A stretch of DNA of 64,000 nucleotides from a virus (lineage: Duplodnaviria > Heunggongvirae > Uroviricota > Caudoviricetes), in the IMG/VR virus record IMGVR_UViG_3300037067_027626, one strand, 5' to 3'. Positions 58,841-64,000 of the stretch are shown piece by piece. The notes under the pieces are model-generated. The model had not been told where the DNA came from, ran no database searches, and saw only the letters and a list, made by a program, of their open reading frames with translations. Position numbers and translations under genes: made by a program. How positions within the stretch are numbered: the stretch's first letter is position 1; every line of letters begins with the position of its first letter.

Positions 58841-61800
58841 ATGAGATTTTTTAAGAATAATAAAAAGATAGTCTGCTCAGGCTTAGTTGCTTTATTAATA
58901 GCCGTTACAGTTTTTGTGTCCTCTGCTTCTGTAGGCGTTTCTATTACTTCAAAGGGCGAATATATCTCTTTTTCTGTTAGTCAATTAGCGGTTCAAGCCG
59001 AAATTAAGAATGAATTACCTGCTAAAACTCCAGAACAAATAAAAGCAGCCGCTCTTGATGAATATAAAGGTTCAACATTAACAACTAAATCTACGAATCA
59101 ATACGAAATATCCTATTCTGGAACTGGCTCTAAAATAGAAATAGGCGATTCTGCGAAATCTGCTGATTTTAGACCAGACTTAACTATATCACAGTGGAAT
59201 GGCGAGGCGAGTTTTAAATTAATTGCTCCTATTGATATTGAGGGAAAATCTCAATTATCAGCATCATTTAATTCAATTAATAAATCCATTTCTGCCTCAA
59301 ATGGCGAATGGATATTCGAATATAAAGCCACTGAACCAAAAGAAGGATTTAACGATTATGGCGGACTTGATATATTCATTACCGCTAAATCTAAACCACC
59401 TTCAAACAAAATTTACTTTACATATGATTCCAGTACGGTTACGCCTTATTTACAACCGTCATTAACTCAAGAATATAAAAATGGCTATTCTGAGGAATTT
59501 CAAACAGATATCAAAGTTACTGATACCGAAGTGACTAACTCAAAAACTGGAGATGTTTTAACTTCTCGCCCTGATTATGTGGTTAATTCAATCGCTTTTT
59601 ACGCTGATGGAAAATCCAATTACGTAATAGGCGGAATTAATTATCAGACAGGAAAAGTCGGGCATTTGTATAGAATGCAGATTAATGGGGAATGGTGCGA
59701 TTGGAGTATTGTAGGAAATTACATTGTACTAAACATACCTCAAAAAATACTTGATACAACTACATATCCTATCACCATACAACCGCTAGGAGATACGTTT
59801 GGATATACCAGTGCGGGGGGGACTGCTTTAGAAAAATATACAAATAACTTTATAGGGGGGTTATTTACATCCCCAGCAGATATTTCTACTGCTACAGTTA
59901 ATTCTATTACTGCATGGGTAAAGGAAGGTTATTCGGAAACAGCCTACTTTAAGGGTATGATGGTACTCCAGTCAAATCTTAATATAGTTAGTAACGGGAC
60001 TGGGAGTGCCTCATCCGCCATAACTGGAGTTATGGGTAGTCCAGCCGAAAGAACCAGTGATTTTGCAACTCCACCTACACTCTCTAATTCTACTGCATAT
60101 GTTATAGGGGCAGTATGTACTGCACCAACTGGTGTTAATTTCTATGGTGATACTGTAACTGGGCAAACAAGATACCAACAAATAACAAATAGTTATTCTT
60201 CACCTTCAAACCCAACAACAGCAACTACAACGTCTAACAGGCGAGTTTCCATCTACTGTACCTATACGTCAAGTGCAAGTGTAACAGTAACCTCAATTTC
60301 TCCTGATTATGGTTCAACGTCAGGGGGGGCTTCAGTTAATATTACTGGTACTGGTTTTACTGATGCGACAGGGGCAACCATAGGGGGAGGTGCAGTAACC
60401 AGTTTTTCTGTAGTTAGTGATACTGCTATTACAGGGGTGTCACCATCTGGAACGGCTGGGGCTAAAGATGTTGTTGTTAATGCAACATCAGGTAATGGGA
60501 CTCTAGTAAATGGATTCTATTACGTGCAAGCAGTTACTAATGTTTCAACGGTTGCTGAATGGAAGACTAATAGTTCTGTTCAGTCGGTACGTATTCCATT
60601 TCAAAGTAAAATATTTACAGCCTCTGGAAGAACATGGGTATTCCATTGCGTAGATAATTCGATGTATTTCACATCGTCAACAGACGGGGTAATTTGGAAC
60701 GCAGCCACGTTAATTGCCTCAACTTATTTTGATTATGAATTTGCTTCGCATTGGGATGGTACTCACGTAACAATAGTTTACGCCAAACAGACTGCCAACG
60801 CTCATATGTTTTTTCGCAGAGGATCTCCGCAATCTGATGGAACAATAACATGGGATACCGTAGCTACGGATATTTACACTCCTACAAGTGGATATAGTTG
60901 TGCTGACCCTACGTTGTGTGTAAATTCCAATGGATATGCCTTTATCGGTTTCTGTATGTACGATGGTTCTAAGGGTAATCCTCGTGTTCTGAAAAATGCA
61001 GATAATGATGGTACATGGACTCAGGATACTGATACGGAATTAGATACTAGAGGTATAACAGCATCAAAACCCGAAATGGTTTCTCTCGTGGCGCTCACTT
61101 CGGGTAAAGTTTATGGCATATATGCAATAATATATGCCAGTTCCAACCAAAGAATATATGGTAAACTTTGGGATTCTGGATGGGGTGCTGAGGAAACAAC
61201 CACCACTTCCTATCTCGACCAAGCATATTATGATATGTGGACAGCAATATCTATCGGTGATGATGTCCACCTAGTTTTTAATGAGGATACGACCTCAGAT
61301 TTAATTTATGCAAAAAGGACTTATGGAGCTGGCACGCCCTGGGGAAACGAAGTCACAATTCAGTCAGCGACAACAGACCATACTTGTCCTGCAATTTCAA
61401 CTAACGGCTCTAACTTAACAGTATTCTGGCTAAGTATCTCAACCGATATAGTATATGTAAAAAATTGTATCTCTGATTCTTGGGATGCTGACCCGATAAC
61501 AGTTGCCGATGAATCGACTAACGGAATATTGGGTGCAAGCATTATAAATGTTACCCAAAATGCAACAAATGATATCTTTGGAATTGTTTATGATATTTGT
61601 GTTGCATCTCCGTATTTTACCAGGTATGCAAAGTATGGACTAAGTATTTCAAATACACCGTCTTCAAAAGACCTTGGTGTAGTTGCTGAAAACACAACCT
61701 ATTATGCTTATGGTACTGCCCCCCACAATCCTGTAGTTGATGGGGATTGTACTTTTAGTATATCAAATAACGGGACTACATCTATAGATATTGATATTCA

Positions 61801-62026
61801 TGGTCATTCATGTACTGGTGGAGTAGGTTGGACATTAAATAGTACGCCAGGGTCGGATAATATTACGATTACAACCTATACTACAGGGGATAATCCTACT
61901 ACAGATGGCGTTATAGTAACTACAAGCGACCAAGAGTTTATTTCTAATTTGGCATCAGAAAACCATACTCATTGGGATTTTAAATTTCAGACGGGGCAAT
62001 TTACTGATGCGGCAACTAAAACTTGA
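58841..62026 (+). CDS. giant secreted/anchored protein (1061 aa) with IPT/TIG and BNR/sialidase-like repeats
   Basis: Has an N-terminal TM/signal. The IPT/TIG-like segment reads VTVTSISPDYGSTSGGASVNITGTGF. BNR-like S.DGV.W motifs are present. The C-terminal IHGH domain is shared with 62098..62679. Confidence 0.45.
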   Translation: MRFFKNNKKIVCSGLVALLIAVTVFVSSASVGVSITSKGEYISFSVSQLAVQAEIKNELPAKTPEQIKAAALDEYKGSTLTTKSTNQYEISYSGTGSKIEIGDSAKSADFRPDLTISQWNGEASFKLIAPIDIEGKSQLSASFNSINKSISASNGEWIFEYKATEPKEGFNDYGGLDIFITAKSKPPSNKIYFTYDSSTVTPYLQPSLTQEYKNGYSEEFQTDIKVTDTEVTNSKTGDVLTSRPDYVVNSIAFYADGKSNYVIGGINYQTGKVGHLYRMQINGEWCDWSIVGNYIVLNIPQKILDTTTYPITIQPLGDTFGYTSAGGTALEKYTNNFIGGLFTSPADISTATVNSITAWVKEGYSETAYFKGMMVLQSNLNIVSNGTGSASSAITGVMGSPAERTSDFATPPTLSNSTAYVIGAVCTAPTGVNFYGDTVTGQTRYQQITNSYSSPSNPTTATTTSNRRVSIYCTYTSSASVTVTSISPDYGSTSGGASVNITGTGFTDATGATIGGGAVTSFSVVSDTAITGVSPSGTAGAKDVVVNATSGNGTLVNGFYYVQAVTNVSTVAEWKTNSSVQSVRIPFQSKIFTASGRTWVFHCVDNSMYFTSSTDGVIWNAATLIASTYFDYEFASHWDGTHVTIVYAKQTANAHMFFRRGSPQSDGTITWDTVATDIYTPTSGYSCADPTLCVNSNGYAFIGFCMYDGSKGNPRVLKNADNDGTWTQDTDTELDTRGITASKPEMVSLVALTSGKVYGIYAIIYASSNQRIYGKLWDSGWGAEETTTTSYLDQAYYDMWTAISIGDDVHLVFNEDTTSDLIYAKRTYGAGTPWGNEVTIQSATTDHTCPAISTNGSNLTVFWLSISTDIVYVKNCISDSWDADPITVADESTNGILGASIINVTQNATNDIFGIVYDICVASPYFTRYAKYGLSISNTPSSKDLGVVAENTTYYAYGTAPHNPVVDGDCTFSISNNGTTSIDIDIHGHSCTGGVGWTLNSTPGSDNITITTYTTGDNPTTDGVIVTTSDQEFISNLASENHTHWDFKFQTGQFTDAATKT

Positions 62027-62097
62027 GTTATTACACTGACTGCGAGGGCTGTCACGTAAAGGTCGAAATCTTGAATACAAAAGGAGGTGAGAAAAAC

Positions 62098-62679
62098 ATG
62101 AAGCATAAAAAAAGATTAAATATTAAAGTATTAAGCGTATTAATAGCATTAACGATGGCAATTTCTCTTACCTTTGGGTTGGGTGTACCCGCAATGGCTT
62201 CGACCAATGCGGAAGTAACAATCACGGCAACGCCAGAATATCTTGCCATGACAAATAGCGAGGATAACTGGACATTGGGTATGGTAGCGGCATCCACTAC
62301 ATATTGGTGGACACCTACTGGTGTCGCACCTGCTGGTGCAATAGATGATGCTGAGTGTAATAGTACTCTTACTAATACAGGAACGGTTACATCGGATATA
62401 AAGATTCATGGGCATAACTTTGCCGCAGCAGCAGGGGCTTGGGCATTAGATGTTAATGGTTCACCTGCGGCAGATAACGTAACTATAAAGTATGGCTGGT
62501 CTGGACTGGGTGATGTCGGTTCTATGCAATTCCTGACTTTATCCGATACTTTTGTTACTACGTTAGCACCATCATCAGCCAATACAAGCAAATGGTTAAT
62601 GAGCCTTGAAACAGGTACATTTACTGCGGGCGATGATGAAACTGGTATTGTAACATTAACTGTATTTAAGCATGTTTAA
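62098..62679 (+). CDS. secreted protein with IHGH domain
   Basis: AAAGGAGGTGAGAAAAACATG start context. Signal peptide ...GVPAMA/STN. Carries an IKIHGHNF motif paralogous to the C-terminus of the upstream gene. Confidence 0.45.
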   Translation: MKHKKRLNIKVLSVLIALTMAISLTFGLGVPAMASTNAEVTITATPEYLAMTNSEDNWTLGMVAASTTYWWTPTGVAPAGAIDDAECNSTLTNTGTVTSDIKIHGHNFAAAAGAWALDVNGSPAADNVTIKYGWSGLGDVGSMQFLTLSDTFVTTLAPSSANTSKWLMSLETGTFTAGDDETGIVTLTVFKHV

Positions 62680-62753
62680 AATAGATAGAAGCGGTGCGAA
62701 GCCGTCATGAGACTGAAAGATATTAACTAGACCTCAAATTGGAGAATTTTAAC

Positions 62754-63551
62754 GTGAGATTAAAGGTAATAAACTTAATGGCAATAGGAGTGATATTGTT
62801 GAGTAGTTGTGCTTCAGTAGCAAATACGGAAACTGATGTTATCGAAACTGTAATTGCTACTGAAACCACAACAGAAATGGTAGTGGAAACTATAACAGGA
62901 AATGTACCTACAGAAACAACAACTACCACTATACCTACTGCTACAACCACTAAAATAACTCCGATTAACGAAACAAGTATAACAACAACGTCTACGACAA
63001 CCACTACCACGATGATTACTACTACTAAAAGTACACCAAATCCCGATATACCGATTAAAATAGATTTCTATGAGGAAATTAACGAATACGGGGCAGGGTC
63101 AATAGATGGGACAAAATGGTTTGCCCAAATATTTACTGCTCAAATAGATTATGTATTAACGAGTGTCAATTTATACGGTTGGTGTACTGGCTCACCGAAT
63201 ACGGTAAGTGTTCGTATACGGGCAATTAACGGGAACATACCTATGGGGAATGACTTGGCAGTAGGAGTAGCCGATGCTAAATTATGGGGAATTGGTGAAA
63301 GTGCAAGGGATTGGTACGAAGTAGCATTTCTCCAGTCTTTCAGATTAAATAAAAATACTCAGTACGCTTTGATAAGTAGTGCTGAAGGCGATATTAATAG
63401 TAATTTTAATTGGGTTTACATAAATTCTGGTAAGTATGAAGGCGGTAACGCCAGTATTTCTACGAATGGGGGAAAAACATTCGGTGATGGCGGAACTTTT
63501 GAGAGGGATTTTGCATTTCAGATATTTGGTAAACCCGTAGGGGTTAGTTAG
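62754..63551 (+). CDS. lipoprotein with Thr-rich linker
   Basis: GTG start with GGAGA 8 nt upstream. The lipobox is LLSSC. A long T-rich linker is followed by a globular domain. Confidence 0.4.
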   Translation: MRLKVINLMAIGVILLSSCASVANTETDVIETVIATETTTEMVVETITGNVPTETTTTTIPTATTTKITPINETSITTTSTTTTTTMITTTKSTPNPDIPIKIDFYEEINEYGAGSIDGTKWFAQIFTAQIDYVLTSVNLYGWCTGSPNTVSVRIRAINGNIPMGNDLAVGVADAKLWGIGESARDWYEVAFLQSFRLNKNTQYALISSAEGDINSNFNWVYINSGKYEGGNASISTNGGKTFGDGGTFERDFAFQIFGKPVGVS

Positions 63552-64000
63552 GTGTTTAAACGATTAACGATAGTAAATCTGATTATAGTGAGTATATTAA
63601 TGGTAGGATGTAGCCCTTCGATAGCAATAACAACACCAAAGAAATTGACTACGATTACATCGAAGGTTACGGAAACGTCTAAATCTACAACCTATATACC
63701 CGCAGTTACTTCTACCTCAGAAATAGAGGCAAGACTGATGAATGATACTTGGGTATCACCTGCCGAAGTCAATATCTCTAAGTTTTATGCGGGAGCAAGG
63801 GCGGAATGGACAATAAAAATACACAACGGCAATGATTTGCTTACACGTACCGAGAAGTATTCGGTTACAACCGAGCCGTTGGAAACTAAAGTTCCCATAA
63901 AAATCAAGAAACCACTGGCTAATGGGGATTTTAGCGGTGTTATAGTAACAAGTGATAGTTCTAAGGATAATTTAAAAGCGGTTGCGTATAATATTGCGAC
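63552..64000 (+). CDS. lipoprotein (3' partial at window end)
   Basis: GTG start with lipobox LMVGC. The ORF runs off the window. Confidence 0.35.
   Translation, partial: MFKRLTIVNLIIVSILMVGCSPSIAITTPKKLTTITSKVTETSKSTTYIPAVTSTSEIEARLMNDTWVSPAEVNISKFYAGARAEWTIKIHNGNDLLTRTEKYSVTTEPLETKVPIKIKKPLANGDFSGVIVTSDSSKDNLKAVAYNIA

Noticed and set aside
1-64000. tRNA genes
   Set aside because: A visual scan found no cloverleaf or T-loop (GTTCRANYC) candidates, including in the ORF-free regions. This scan is not exhaustive, and tRNAscan-SE should be run.

Overview
This AT-rich (about 36-38% GC by eye) window reads as part of a virus or prophage of a low-GC Gram-positive (Firmicutes-like) host. The host call rests on near-perfect AGGAGG-type Shine-Dalgarno sites and a DnaD-like replisome organizer plus DnaC-like helicase loader. 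The layout is bipartite. Positions 1-33839 hold about 75 densely packed minus-strand genes of an early/replication/accessory region. Recognisable products there include a radical SAM protein, a MazG-like pyrophosphohydrolase, a DnaC/IstB-like loader, two paralogous replisome-organizer genes, an Xis-like HTH protein, a DUF5131 (Gp37/Gp68) protein, an SPFH protein, a nucleotidyltransferase, several HNH endonucleases, an ASCH protein, a PAPS-reductase, a proteasome beta-like Ntn-hydrolase, YopX, and an HEXXH peptidase. This block is interrupted by a plus-strand IS1595-family transposase carrying its own sigma70-type promoter. Positions 33840-36130 are a 2.3 kb ORF-poor region with inverted repeats and at least four iteron families, which I read as an origin-like region. 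Downstream are four tiny basic-protein genes and an array of six tandem ~200-nt units at 37255-38566. These units show compensatory base changes in several hairpins and are closed by an intrinsic terminator, so I call them a structured-RNA array of a class I cannot name. From 40144 onward the plus strand encodes about 11 tightly coupled tiny Lys/Arg-rich proteins and an HNH endonuclease. These are followed by giant signal-peptide or TM-anchored proteins (1261 aa beta-helix-like, 2813 aa tape-measure-like, 1061 aa IPT/TIG plus BNR-like), small multi-TM proteins, a 273-aa P-loop ATPase, and secreted lipoproteins. I recognise no terminase, portal or major capsid protein in the window. Coordinates of listed ORFs come from the supplied track. 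Coordinates of small unlisted ORFs and of RNA and repeat boundaries were counted by hand and are approximate. All functional calls are from motif-level recognition by eye, not from database searches.
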